DNA of 64,000 nt, taken from positions 13,294,850-13,358,849 of the forward strand of contig NC_134029.1 of assembly GCF_964204645.1 (NCBI RefSeq), given 5' to 3'. A model generated the notes under the pieces. The model saw only the letters and a list, made by a program, of their open reading frames with translations. It was not told the origin of the DNA and did not search any database. A program made the position numbers and the translations under genes. This document shows, in pieces, positions 1 to 12,600 of the stretch. How positions within the stretch are numbered: position 1 is the first letter of the stretch; every line of letters starts with the position of its first letter. Source of the stretch: Tubulanus polymorphus. Its lineage: Eukaryota; Animalia; Nemertea.

Positions 1-946
1 TGGTGAAACAAACATCCTTGACCATATAATAGTACCCCACCTTTCTATTAGCTATAGAAAAGCCTGAGTGCATTCTATTAAGTTTTTCCGACACGCCGTC
101 AAGAACGGTAGACAACATTTTAGGGTTGACCAGGGCCCGTGGCAAATATCACTCCAATAGTTTTTCAATCCCCTGTAGCCACTCGCCCGAAACTGTCGTC
201 AACCTCTCCACTAGAATTATATTTCGTATCGTCATGTCGGCCGCCAATGCCAGCATGCTAGCATCAACGCTTCGACTCAATAGTGCTCCTCGAATGGACT
301 TTAACTCTTTAGAATTAGCAACGTACGCCGAAGTCAGACTACTGATCCGAGTGTCCGTCGCATTGATAAACGAGGAAAGTGTCCCCTGTATATGGGTAAT
401 CTGATCTGAATTGAGCTTGACAATCTTCTCGACTTTCTCTACGTGTGACTCTACTTGTTGGACTTCGTCCTCGGTAGCTGTACCGAACAAGGAAGAAGAA
501 ATCGAACCTATCCAAGAAAGCGGTGCTCGTTTGACTCTTTGCCCATTGGCGTGTCGTTTCTTTCGGGAACTGGCGTTTGCCGCATCCGGGATCATTCGCC
601 TCACATCAGCTAATTGTCCCCTGATGTGAACTAACGTGTCCAACTGAAGACGATGTGCCTCTCGATACATCGCCGCATAACCGGTGCAATGAGCGCGAAT
701 GTTAGGTTGTACAAGCGAACAGCGTAGTCGCAGACCTTTACTTGGCGGGTCGTCGACTACCAGCCACGGTATTGCAAACGTGTGGAAACACGCACTATCC
801 CCGTTATGCACTCCACCTATTCTGTGAAAAGCCGCACCGTAGTTCGGCCTCAAAACTGTAGCTGGCGTTGACCCATAAGCTTGGGCGAACCAAAGAACCA
901 GTAGTACGAGCGCAACCTGCATTCTGAAAAGATAACAATGAGCCAC
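1..946 (-). pseudogene. env: Envelope/fusion glycoprotein (errantivirus/baculovirus F-like), disrupted
   Basis: Signal peptide (VALVLLVLWFAQAYG), furin sites RKKR/RVKR, fusion-peptide-like APLSWIGSISSSLFGTAT and a heptad region. The frame continues past TGA at 149-151 (LLE*YLPRALVNP) and then appears to shift near position 55. Confidence 0.85.
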
Positions 947-982
947 GTCAATATGGCAAACTTTGGAACAGTCGTCGTCCTT

Positions 983-2630
983 CTATCGGCGCCTATTTTT
1001 AGTTTTCCGGCCCCTGGACTTGGACCTAGCCGCTAAGTCATCCCAATAGGCTCTAATAACTTCTGGGTTCAAGTTTTCAGCTGGCTCAAACGTATTGTCC
1101 TTGTTGTCATAACCTACCCATTTGACGAGATATTTCAAAATTCCCTTTTCTTTCTTGTGACGAATAATCTTTTCTACGTAGTAGACAGGCTCCACGTCAC
1201 TCGTAGTTGGTTTGTCTGGCAGAGCCTGTCCGGGATATTCATTTGATCCCCCATGGTCGTCTGTCAAATTATTTGGCCGGTCGTCTTGGTGATCCTCGTC
1301 CTGGTCACCATCGTTTCCATTATCGATTTCGTCGTCGATCCTGTCCAACGGTCGAATGTCAGTAGAGAAGAAGTATTTCATCCGATTACAATGAATCGGC
1401 ACTGCTAATTCCTTATTGTTTTCGTCCTCTAAGATGAAAGAAACAGGAGAAAGCTTTCGAACAACCCGATATGGACCAGTCCATTGATGTAAGAGTTTCT
1501 TACTCAGCCCTTTTACTTTCTTTGGTGTGAAAACTAAGACTTGGTCACCTACGTCAAAAGTTGGCGGGACTGCCGTTCTATCAAAACGTTCCTTCATCCT
1601 TTCTTGAGCCCTTTTGATGTTATCTCTGGCTAATTTCCTGGCGTCTTTCAACTTCGGTAGCATGGCCTGAACAAAACCTCCTGCGTCAAAGTAGACATCT
1701 TTCGGGTTGAGAAGAGCAACATCCATTGGGAGCTTTGGCTCTCGACCGTACATTAAAAAGAACGGAGAATATTGTGATGTGTCTGACGCTGGACTAACCC
1801 TGTACGCAAAAAGAATTGGATCTAAGTACGTATCCCAATCTGTCTGACGGTCGTTACAATACATGCTTAGGGCCTTGACTATAACCAAATTCATGTGCTC
1901 AACTTGACCTTGAGTCTGTGGTCTATAAGCACTAGAGCGAGCCCGTGGCGTATTACAGAGTCGCCACACCTCATTCATCAACTTACTCAAGAAATTGGTT
2001 CCGCGATCGCTCTGTAACACAGATGGGGCCCCGTGTCGGCAAATGATTTGCTCATAAAATATTCTAGCAACTGTGGCTGCCTCTTGGTCTTTCATAGCAA
2101 ATGCTTCGACCCATTTTGTAAGATAATCAACGAAAATTAGAATATACTTATTCCCTGAAACAGTTGTTGGAAATGGACCACATACATCCATTGAGACCCT
2201 GTCCCATGGTCCAGTGACAGCGATCATTAACTGGGGCTGGTATGGGCTTTAGCGGCTTATTTTTGGTTGCACAGTCTCTACAAGATTTGATCCACTTTTC
2301 TACGTCTTTGTACATACCCGACCAATAATACCTAGCCCTTAATGTCTCATAGGTCCTCTTATGTCCCAAGTGACCACCGGTCATTGAATCATGACCTGCT
2401 TCTAGAATTTCGGTGCGCATATTTTTGGGGATCACTAGTTGTCGCGGACCATCTGCATCTATCTTTTTCTTTGTGTCCACATGATAGAGTAGCCCTTCGT
2501 CATCCAAGAAGTAGTAGTCTGACGACAACAGGATTTCTCTGGCCTCCTTGTCCTCTTCCGGTAAGGAGCCGTCGGCTAGATAATTAATGATATTCAGCAG
2601 ATTCGGATCAGACCGTTGATTTACAGACAT
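983..2630 (-). pseudogene. pol: Integrase part of pol (HHCC zinc finger, DDE core, GPY/F, C-terminal chromodomain), frameshifted near 2230
   Basis: GHDS..GGHLG..CRDC; SMDVCGP, SDRGTNF, QTQGQVE; WTGPY; chromodomain YYVEKII..YLVKWVGY..NTFEPAENL. ORFs 2148..2630 and 983..2227 are in different frames. Confidence 0.93.
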
Positions 2631-2958
2631 AACGCAGTCTCAAATGTTTTGTGACTTTCTCAAAATGTATCAAAAATTTAACTAATTTTTAGTTCATAAG
2701 TCCTCAAATATTCATAAATGAACAGTTAAAAATTGTTGAAACATGTCGACTCTGCTGTAAAATCAACCTATTAACAGTCCGGAATTTGGGATAATATTGG
2801 GCTTTAGAGGACATAATGCCCCCGAGGTCTTCACATTTACAGAAAAGATTACGTAAGTGATTCACGCGCGGCTCGCGATAGGCGCACAATAGAAATCTGA
2901 GCCGCGCGTTCTTTGAGTGTCACCAATTAAGAGGACCGCTATTGTGAAAATTGACTGC

Positions 2959-3192
2959 GGGAGGAATATTCCTCCCAATGTCAATCGATGGAAACTTGAC
3001 CATGGGGTCCGATAATCAAAGAATTGACTTTGGGAGGAATATTCCTCCCAAGGTCAAACGAAGAGAATTTGACCTTCAGGTCTGATATTCAAAGTATCGA
3101 CTTCGGGAGGAATGTTCCTCCGAATGTCAAACGAAGGAAACTGGACCTGGTCTGTTATTCGAAATATAGACTTTGGGATGAATGTTCTTCCA
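2959..3192. repeat. Subterminal ~73-bp tandem units built on the palindrome GGGAGGAATATTCCTCCC (mirrored in the right TIR, ~9025-9355)
   Basis: Palindrome cores at 2959, 3032, 3105 and a degenerate one at ~3175; inverted copies in the right arm. Confidence 0.88.
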
Positions 3193-3978
3193 AACGACTA
3201 AACGCTAAAACCTGAGCTTTTAGAATGATAGGTGTATATATTAATTATATTGGTGTAATAATTGTTTTAATAAGTAGTATACTATAGTGACGACACCAGA
3301 CATATTTAGGCAATTTGAGTGATAATGTACACGGTATTTGAGGGTCTGCGGCGAATGATTTATAGAAAGTTGAATAGCTGTAGTGCAGGTTCTAATAATA
3401 AGGCTTATATAGTCTTCACATCGCAATCAGTTGTTAGAATGCATCTTCCTTTTTCTTTACTTGATCTTGAGTCTTTGACTAGTTAAATTTTTTCTTCATT
3501 GATTGACGCTGGATCAAATTAAACTGTTAATCAAATCAATTATTTTTCAAGTGTGTTTCAGTGTGCTTTGCATGAGTATAAAATTAACACAAGCTGAAAG
3601 AATCGAAATTTAAATACGTGGATGATAAAAATCAAGTTAAAAGGTGTAGGGACGGAGAGATCTGGCGAAAAAAAAAACAGTAATGGGTGCAAAATGGACC
3701 CGTACCTAATCGCCAGACCAAAAACGACGGACCAGACCTGAGTCAAATTAAGCGTGTGGATTTAAACTGGTTCTGGAAGTCATTCACTTTGCTTGGTTTA
3801 AGTATGGACTCGTTTTAGATTCCATGGTTTAAGCATTGTTTAGTAACGAATGAATGGGTTTGAATTTGAATGTGAAATGAATTTGAACATGAAAATCTGC
3901 GCGCTCTTTGGTAAGCCATGCGTAAAATTTAAGTCAGACCTGATTCGAGCCAATTTAGCCCCGACAAATCGTCTCTAT

Positions 3979-4305
3979 AGCCGCGATCACACGTGTATTT
4001 TTTTTAGGCCAGGGCCAAATTTGGGCCGGACCAACTGTTCACACGGGTGCCAATGGGCCCGAGCCTGTTTGGCCCGGGCCAAATTTGGCCCGACCAAAAA
4101 CGTCGGACCAGGCCCGAGCACCAGACAAATGACTGCGTTTGAATTGCAACTAGCACCGTAAATGATCCACTTCGCTTTGTTTGAGCATTGTTTAGTATCG
4201 AGTGAATGGTTTGCGTATGAACGCACTCTCTAATTACCAAATTTGGCCCGAGCCTGATCGGTGCTAATTTGGCCCGGGCCAAATCGTCTCCGTGTGATCG
4301 CGGCT
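3979..4305. mobile_element. PIF/Harbinger-like MITE
   Basis: TIR AGCCGCGATCACACG/CGTGTGATCGCGGCT, 3-bp TSD TAT, internal GGCCCGGGCCAAATTT repeats. Confidence 0.75.
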
Positions 4306-6185
4306 TATGTGGGTCATGATTGTTGAGAGAAATCTTTCCCTTTATGTTTGCAAATTAGCCATTGTCCTAGTTTTAACTTCTGATTTGTACCCTGTATAGG
4401 GTTTATATATCTGTTTGTACTCTTTCATAGAAATACGACAGATATCAAATGGAATCTTTGATTTAAGACACTGTAAACCGGTCCACACTAATATGTCTAT
4501 CCATCCGACCTACGAGCGATCATCTCATTAATGTGATAATTGCTCGTAAATCCGACAGCTACGTTTTACAACTAGAAATATATTAGATCAGATTCCTAAT
4601 AATAAAATCATTACTATTAAGAATATGCTATTGATTATGGATAAATTCAAAAAGAATTGACAAAATATATTGCTTTGAATGGCCTTTAGATATTGGATAG
4701 GGCGATTTTGAATTATTTTTGGGGAATTTTATCGAGAAGCTCAAACTCCCTAAGGCGATAAATTCTTTAAGGCAGATCTTTCCCGATTATGATCCCACCA
4801 TATGAATTGTTCACGAAACTTTTATGTATAAACACCTCACAATTAACGTAATGAATCAGTGACGTCCTGTTGCACAAGCTATATTACACCATGATAAAAA
4901 GCCTATTATAGTCGAGGTGGATTTCTCGATGTATAAATGCAGGGAGGGTTGGGAGCTTTATGTTCAATAACATTAGGTTCCAATGTTTGCTCTATGGATT
5001 TCAAAATAAAAAAAAAATCTACGTTTAAACGTGATATCTGTTTCATTACTCGTGATATATCGGGGAATCTCTGCAATAAAATTGGACGATTTCAAAAATA
5101 TTACAAAATGAGCAAATTGCGATTCTTAGTGATTTTTGCTAACAGTATTGATTCTAGCGTATACGCGGATTTGTGTGATATGTAATAAGTAACGTAGCGA
5201 ATAATCAAAGTATCTACTGTAACTAGATATGACAATTAAAAATCCCCCAGAATATCTCCTTCAAAATACCTTCATCCGTTCAAAAAAGATCACCTGGTAA
5301 AGATTTCCTATGTAGAAATCTAAAAAATCTAAACCCTGGGTAAAAATCCCCCAAATATTCATACTTGGTGATTGTCAAGAACATGTCAAAGCACGATGTT
5401 TCTCGAATTTGCAATGAGACTGAAATATGTTTGAACTTTTAAATGAAATCTTTCGTTGCGATAAATTCTTACGAATAAAATAAATTGTAAGAATTAATAA
5501 GAGTAATAAACTTTTATTTGTAATATCTTAAGATTCGAACTGGAATTTTTTTGAATTTCAGCTGTGCGATGCCATGAATTATTAGAAATAACGTACTTTT
5601 GATATTAAATATTTTAGATTCAAGCTAGTGTAATATATTTGAAATGCGCGATGAACCCCTTTACTAAGCTGTGCAATAACTGCATGTATATGTACTAATT
5701 TAGTATCAATGAAACGTTAATTTGTAGTATGTTTTAATTTAAATAGCATAGTTTGTATGGGCATATTGATATCCTTACGGTGTTCGACAGTAAAATATGA
5801 ATAAATTGGATATACGTATCAATAATACAAAATTAATTGACCTTAAGATTGTATCTGCTTATAATCCCTTTAAAGGGAGGGGATTACCTAATTTGAAGAA
5901 TTGGGGATTTTTACCGAGGGGATTTTTGCTCGCTTACTTAGATGTTTTGAATTATTGACTTAGTTATTTTATTAAGTTTAAGTTAATCACTAGTAAGTTT
6001 ATTCATTGACCACTTGCATGATAGTTCTTGATATATTCATGATATGCAATGAAATGAAATGTAAGTTCATCACATTTCTGAACTCATTAATACCGATTTT
6101 AATTGTTTTAAGCCCCATGAAAAATATGTGATGTCATTATATTGAAAGCTTTATGTTTTATTAACATTGGTAGTAGTTCTCATAA

Positions 6186-6292
6186 ATTTTCCTTGGCCTT
6201 TTTTTCCGTGGCCATTTTTTCCTAGACAAATTACCTTGGCCATTTTTTCCTTGGCCATTCTTTCCTGGCCATTTTTCCTTGGCCATTTTTCC
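6186..6292. repeat. Short tandem repeat (TTTTTCCTTGGCCA-like units)
   Basis: About 6-7 imperfect copies are visible. Confidence 0.7.
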
Positions 6293-9145
6293 AACATTCT
6301 GGGTTTTTTTACAACTAACCCTTAGCAATGCACTGTAATGAACAATTTACTTTGTTTTGCTAAATTAACTACTTGTAATCAATTCACTATAGAACTGTGG
6401 TCGATCCTAACAAAGAGTCCGACGTGCTATTCTAAACTTCAGTGGACAAAAATCTCTTTCTAAAAATTATATTGCTAAGATATTCTTAGTCTTCATCTTT
6501 CAGCATGAACTCTAGGCCTGGATATATTTCGGATTCATTAAATGGTATCATGTGTGTGTAGAACGTTTGGGCGAAGGTATTATCCCCCTGGATCACGCGT
6601 AAAACAAACAGAAAACATATTTTCATACATAGGTCATCGCATTATAGAAATTGAACTGTTGACAAGTTGTATTAAATCTCTATAGATGAAACACTTTTAA
6701 GGAAAATGCATTATGTTTGTTGTTTCTATATAACTACTATCGACTTGCGCCTCGGGCTTAGTCAACTCGCCATCTTCATGATTGAAATATTTGATTAGGC
6801 AATCCTATCAAAAGTGGCGTAAATTCATACAAGCGAATAATTTGTTGTTTCCAAAGGTTTTTGTTACCGGCTCTTCTACACGGTAATGGTCGAAATTCCC
6901 CGGTAAAAATCCCCTAAGAAGACCCATTAAAGAGCTTATGATTTGCTGCCGCTGGTATGTTTTCGTTTGTATTGCAAAATTAAGTCCAAAATAACTGGAA
7001 TCGTTTTAAAGGATTTCTGTGAAAATTTTCAATTTTTTCCCACACGTCAACAAGTGCCTTTCCAATCAAGATCGATTCCTCATGCGTAAAAACGATTGAA
7101 GCAATTTTTGCAGTTTTATTTATTTATGGTTTGATACGTCAAGATTTCAGTTAAAAGGGCAACATCATCGTTTATGTTAGCGAAGCTTGGTATACAAGCA
7201 AGCTGACAATAACAAGCCACTGAATTTTATCGGTTTAGGCTTTGTATAGCTCATTATCTATAGAAAGTCAGTGATAAAGTCCTAAGTAAATATTGCTCAA
7301 TTAAAGAGAATTCATTGTACAAGCGATGACAGGCCTATGAGGCACCCGTAAATCAAAAATGTATTTCACGGATTTTGCTGTGCGATGCGATAAATTATTG
7401 AAACTTTTTATTTGAAATATCTTTGAAATACTATTTGAAATTTGAAATATTATTTTACCAGTGCGATAACTTTTAGTATTAGTTTAGTATTAATGAAGTA
7501 TTTCAATCTTTGGATAAACGTTGGAAAAATGGCAGGGGGAAAATTGCCGCTAAATAAACATTAGAATTTGCACGTTTTGTAGTAACTTTGAGTTGTTAAA
7601 TTTTACTGGACATTGGTGTATGCTGAATATCACGAACAACGAAACATATATCTCATAAAAACGTTGATTGTCTTTTTCAACTTTCATCATTTCAATAACA
7701 ATCAATCGATTTTTAAGTCGATTTAATTACCAGGATAGCGACAATATGCGTTTGTGCTTTTAATCAACTAGTTTCCGAATCCGTGGTATGTCGATCAAAT
7801 AATAATTTTTAAGTCGCGAAAAAGTAAGATGCATTCTATCAACTAATTTCAATGTAAAGACTATAATTCTTCCTATATGAATCAATACTAAATCATTCAT
7901 ACCACAGGCCACTTAATCTTAAGCTTGATTTTGAGAGGTGTTTAAACATAATGGTCACATGAGTAATTAAATGGTTGTGTCACAAAGGGAGAAATCTGCC
8001 ATAACATCCCGATATCTGGAGTTCTGGGCTTAGTAACGCATGTTTAGAATGAATTTTATCCGATATTTTTGTAACATAATGTTTTCTCTCTGCAAATTCC
8101 TGACGTTTTCTGGGAGCTAACGTTCAGTGGCTAGTAGGCTGGATTGTATTTTCCCTTATTTCATAGATCTCCATGCATATAACTTGAACTGAACTGAATG
8201 GGAACTGAGTTCGGTTAGGAGTAAAAACCTCCTATCAACTCCTATTTCTGAATTGTATATAAAGGAGTGAAGAAAGAAACAAACCCTCATACCGAATACA
8301 CTTTTACGTATAAATGAGAATAATGCTCACTAGGACGATGGCTAATTTGCGACCGTAAAAGAAAGAAATACGACTCGAATAATTTTTTTTTATCATGCGT
8401 GATACGCGAATCTCCTATTAACACTAGTGATGAGAGAAGAATCCACACGAATGAAATGTATCAGCTTTATAATGATCTTTAATCCTTGAATGACCATTCT
8501 TAATTAACACAAAACACTTAATATAAATGATTTGTATCGATTACCATAGAATTTCCATTTAAAGAATGCATTTATCAAATTACGTCCATTGACTCTGAAA
8601 ATGAACCTTTAAACCCGTAAATTAGCTAAACTCGTGCCGTATTAAGCTATTTAGATTTATCGCAGTCTAGTGAAAATTTGTAAGCAGTCCTAATATATTC
8701 CCTGTATAATCAAAACTTAATTTCTATGTTATGCACGTGTTTTAATTACGATTTCCCCTCTATCGAGAAGGGCCTGATTACAATCTGATTACAGTTGATT
8801 GTCAACAAAGTTATAGCAATTTACTGTTAGACAAAGAAAATACAAAATCTATTTAGTTTTCTAAAATTGTATGTAGGCCTATGTCTCATACCGTCTCATT
8901 ACCTCGAACACTGTGTATCGTATCACTCGAAATTCATAAATCTACCGGCTTTATGGCTTAAAAAAAAACTAATTACACCCAAAACACCTATATTTCTAAA
9001 ATTTCAGGTTACAGCATTTAGTGGTGGGAGGAAAAATTCCTCCCTAAATCAATATACTTTGAATCTAAGACTCGGGTTCGTTTTCCTTCAGTTGACAAAT
9101 GACAATATTTCGAATATCAGACCAGGTCCATTTTCCTTCGTTTGA

Positions 9146-9179
9146 CCATGGACGTATAAACTAGATTATACGTCCATGG
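9146..9179. mobile_element. 34-bp hairpin micro-insertion with 5-bp TSD inside the right TIR
   Basis: CCATGGACGTATAA-ACTAGA-TTATACGTCCATGG flanked by TTTGA on both sides; absent from the equivalent position in the left TIR. Confidence 0.85.
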
Positions 9180-9680
9180 TTTGACATAGGGAGGAACAAT
9201 CCTCCCGACGTCGATACTTTGAATATCAGACGGTCAAAGGTCAAATTCTCTTCGTTTGACCTTGGGAGGAATATTCCTCCCAAAGTCAATTCTTTGAATA
9301 TCGGACCCCATGGTCAAGTTTCCATCGATTGACATTGGGAGGAATATTCCTCCCGCAGTCAATTTTCACAATAGCGGTCCTCTTAATTGGTGACACTCAA
9401 AGAACGCGCGGCTCAGATTTCTATTGTGCGCCTATCGCGCGCTGCGCGTGAATCACTTACGTAATCTTTTCTGTAAATGTGAAGACCTCGAGGGCATTAT
9501 GTTCTCTAAAGCCCAATATTATCCCAAATTCCGGACTGTTAATAGGTTGATTTTACGGCAGAGTCGACATGTTTCGACAATTTTTAACTGTTCATTTATG
9601 AATATTTGAGGACTAATGAACTAAAAATTAGTTAAATTTTTGATACATTTTGAGAAAGTCACAAAACATTTGAGACTGCG

Positions 9681-12600
9681 TTACATGTCGTTTGGAATCG
9701 GATCTCGATTTTCGGCTTGTACCGCGCATGCCTCAATCGTGTCCTCTTCGATCTGGGGCTCAGGATACGGTCTCCGCGATAGACCGTCAGCATTGCCGTG
9801 CGATTTCCCCGGACGATGAGAGATAGAATAATCAAACTGTTCAAGATAAAGCGCTATGCGACCCAAACGACCCGACAAATTCTTCATTGATTTTAGATAT
9901 TGGAGACAGCTATGGTCAGTTATAATTTCAAAGTGATATCCCCTCAGATAGGGTTCGAATTTCCGAACTCCTGCCGCTACTGCGAGAAGTTCACGGTCCG
10001 TGGTGGAGTAATTCTTTTCGGCTTTTGTTAGCCCACGCCCTGCATATGCGATTGCTCTCTCAGTGCCCTCCTGAACCTGTGCTAATACCATGCCAATGCC
10101 ATCGTCAGAGGCATCCGTATATAGTAAAAATGGAGCTCCCCCATATATGGGATAGGCCAGAATAGGAACTTCGAGCATTGCTTGTTTCAAGGTGTCAAAC
10201 GCTCGTTGACATGCAGCATCCCATTTATATGGAACACTTTTCTTGGTTAGATTATGGAGCGGCGCGGCTATAGTACTATACCCCTTACAGAATCGCCTAT
10301 AGTAATTGGTAAACCCAAGAAAGCTGCGCAGTTGTTTTAGGGTGGTTGGAATGGGCCAGTTCTGGACCGCTGCTACTTTTTCGGGGTCGGCAGCAATGCC
10401 GTCTTTTGATAAACGGTGACCTAAGAAGTTGATTTTCTTGAGTGCGAAGTAGCACTTCTTAGGGTTCAGACGAAGCCCTGACGCTCGGAAACGATCAAAA
10501 ATTCGCGCCAAATGTTCTAAGTGTGAGTCGAACGAGTCTGAATAGCAGATAATATCATCTAGGTATACAAGGCAAAACTTCCCGATCAAATTCCTAAGAA
10601 CACCACCCGTAAGTCTTTGAAAAGTCGATGGAGCTGATTTCAAACCGAAAGGCAATACCTTGAATTCTAGCAGACCAGTTTGAGTTATAAATGCAGTCTT
10701 TTCTCTGCTAGCTTCATCTACACCAACCTGCCAATAACCGCTCAAGAGGTCAAGTGAGCTAAAATATCTCGGTGATGCCTGTCCAACTTGAGCTAATAAA
10801 TCGTCAATCCTCGGCAAGGGAAAAGAATCAGTCCGAGTGACAGCATTGAGTCCTCTATAATCTACACAAAATCGCCACTTGACCTCACCGTCTGGGCTCT
10901 TTTTCTGTACTAACACCACTGGGGCAGCCCAAGGGCTCGTACTATATTGAACAATTCCATTGTCCAACATTTGTTTTACATGAGTGTCGATGACTTCCTG
11001 CATACGAGGGGTTGCCCTATATGGCCTCTTCCGAATAGGGGGTGCATCTCCAGTGTCTATAACGTGTTTGACAAAGTCCGTCTTACCCAATTCCTCTGGG
11101 GACCTAGCAAAAACATCTTTGTACGAGTGCAGTAACTTAAGAAGTTTCGTTCGTTGTGACGGCGTCAGGTCTGACTTGACTAGATCGATCTCAGGTAGTC
11201 CTATGTCAGCTGATGTCTGCGGCTCGTTAACCTGAGTAAAATTGACCTCTGGTGGCCTTGGAAGCTGGCCAAAATCCCCCTTAGTTGACAGCGGCCGATG
11301 GACCGTCCATCCCTCTGTCCATAAATGACCCAAGCACGTACCCTCATACAAGGTCACATGTCGGGATGTAGGGTTCATGACCCTAATGGGAATCCCTGTT
11401 GAAGTGACATCAACTACTGACCTAGCGCCTAACAAATCCTGAGTGCGAAGATGGTTAGATGGCTCAAATACAGCAAACGGCGCTGGAGGTTTGTACGACA
11501 AACAGTTCCCGTTCACAATTACTTCACACGAAGGTGGGACAATTGTCATTTCGGTCACTTTAACCGTCGAGGGTTTTCCTAGATTGACTGTATTGCTACT
11601 AAAATGAATTGTGTCGGCACCTGGCAGCAGGAGAGCTTTCTTGCCGTAATCAATAACAGCATGTTGCTGTTCTAGGAAGTCTGCTCCGAGAATAACATCG
11701 GAGCTCACGTCATCGACAATATACATAGAATGGGTGAGATCTAGATTACCCAGCTGAAAGTTTATGTCTACTAATCCTCGCAAGTTAAACTTACTTCCAT
11801 CTACCCCACGAGCGGAATGGAATAGTCCTTCTCGCGTTTCACCTGACTGAATCTGCGGATTTCTATGTAAACCACCACTATTTAAAACGGATATTTCCGC
11901 GCCGGTGTCAATAAGAATATTAAGTGGTATTCCAGAATGATGACCAACTACCCGATTAGCAACAGTAGCCATTATTGACGGAAAATAGTTCTGGGTAACC
12001 CCGTCCTGTTCGTCGGTTGTGGAGGCAGAAACTCCACTAAAAACCTCTGTATTACGTGTCGACTCGTCCTTTTCGGCCTCTGAGTCTACGACAACCTCGT
12101 CTTGAACCAAGTCACTTCCCTCGTTACACCCATACAACCCATTATCCGAACTCCCATTCGGTCGAGAAAAATTAAAAGATTCTTCCTGCGAAAATGTGTT
12201 AGCTAATTCAGCCTCTTTTTGGCAGAAGGCAGCTTCCGCTGACCTTGGTGACTTCAATTCGGACTGATTTGTATCTTCGATCACACCCTGATTTAGTATT
12301 TTACTCTCTGAGTATTTTACCTTGTGATCAATTTTATTTGATCGCATAATTTCGCATTGTACCGCTGATTCAACTGTCGCAGGGCAACTCTGTTGCGCGA
12401 CTTCATGCCCCTTAATTATCGGAGAACCCTGTTCCCGCATACCGTCGCCAGTCGTCGAATTCCCCGGATCGACATTCTGACTGCAGCGCGGCCTACTATC
12501 ATAACACACATTAAGGCATGATTTATTCGTTTGAATCTCATCTATAACCACCGGATCACAAAATGTGACTTTTTTATGCCCTTCTCCATAGAATTTATCC

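Larger units (their letters stand above)
2631..9682. mobile_element. 7-kb non-autonomous DNA transposon with ~540-bp TIRs, inserted in Gypsy pol
   Basis: Ends AACGCAGTCTCAAATG.../...CATTTGAGACTGCGTT; TSD ACAT at 2627-2630 and 9683-9686; removing it restores the frame IPNDM-SVNQR; no long internal ORF. Confidence 0.93.

Noticed and set aside
2959-3192. CRISPR-like array of palindromic repeats
   Set aside because: The intervening sequences are related to each other, the array is mirrored in a TIR, no cas genes are present, and the context is eukaryotic.
2704-9609. Short ORFs at 2704..2889, 9424..9609, 3850-4282 and similar
   Set aside because: They arise from TIR or MITE sequence, are mirrored or low-complexity, and show no protein motifs.
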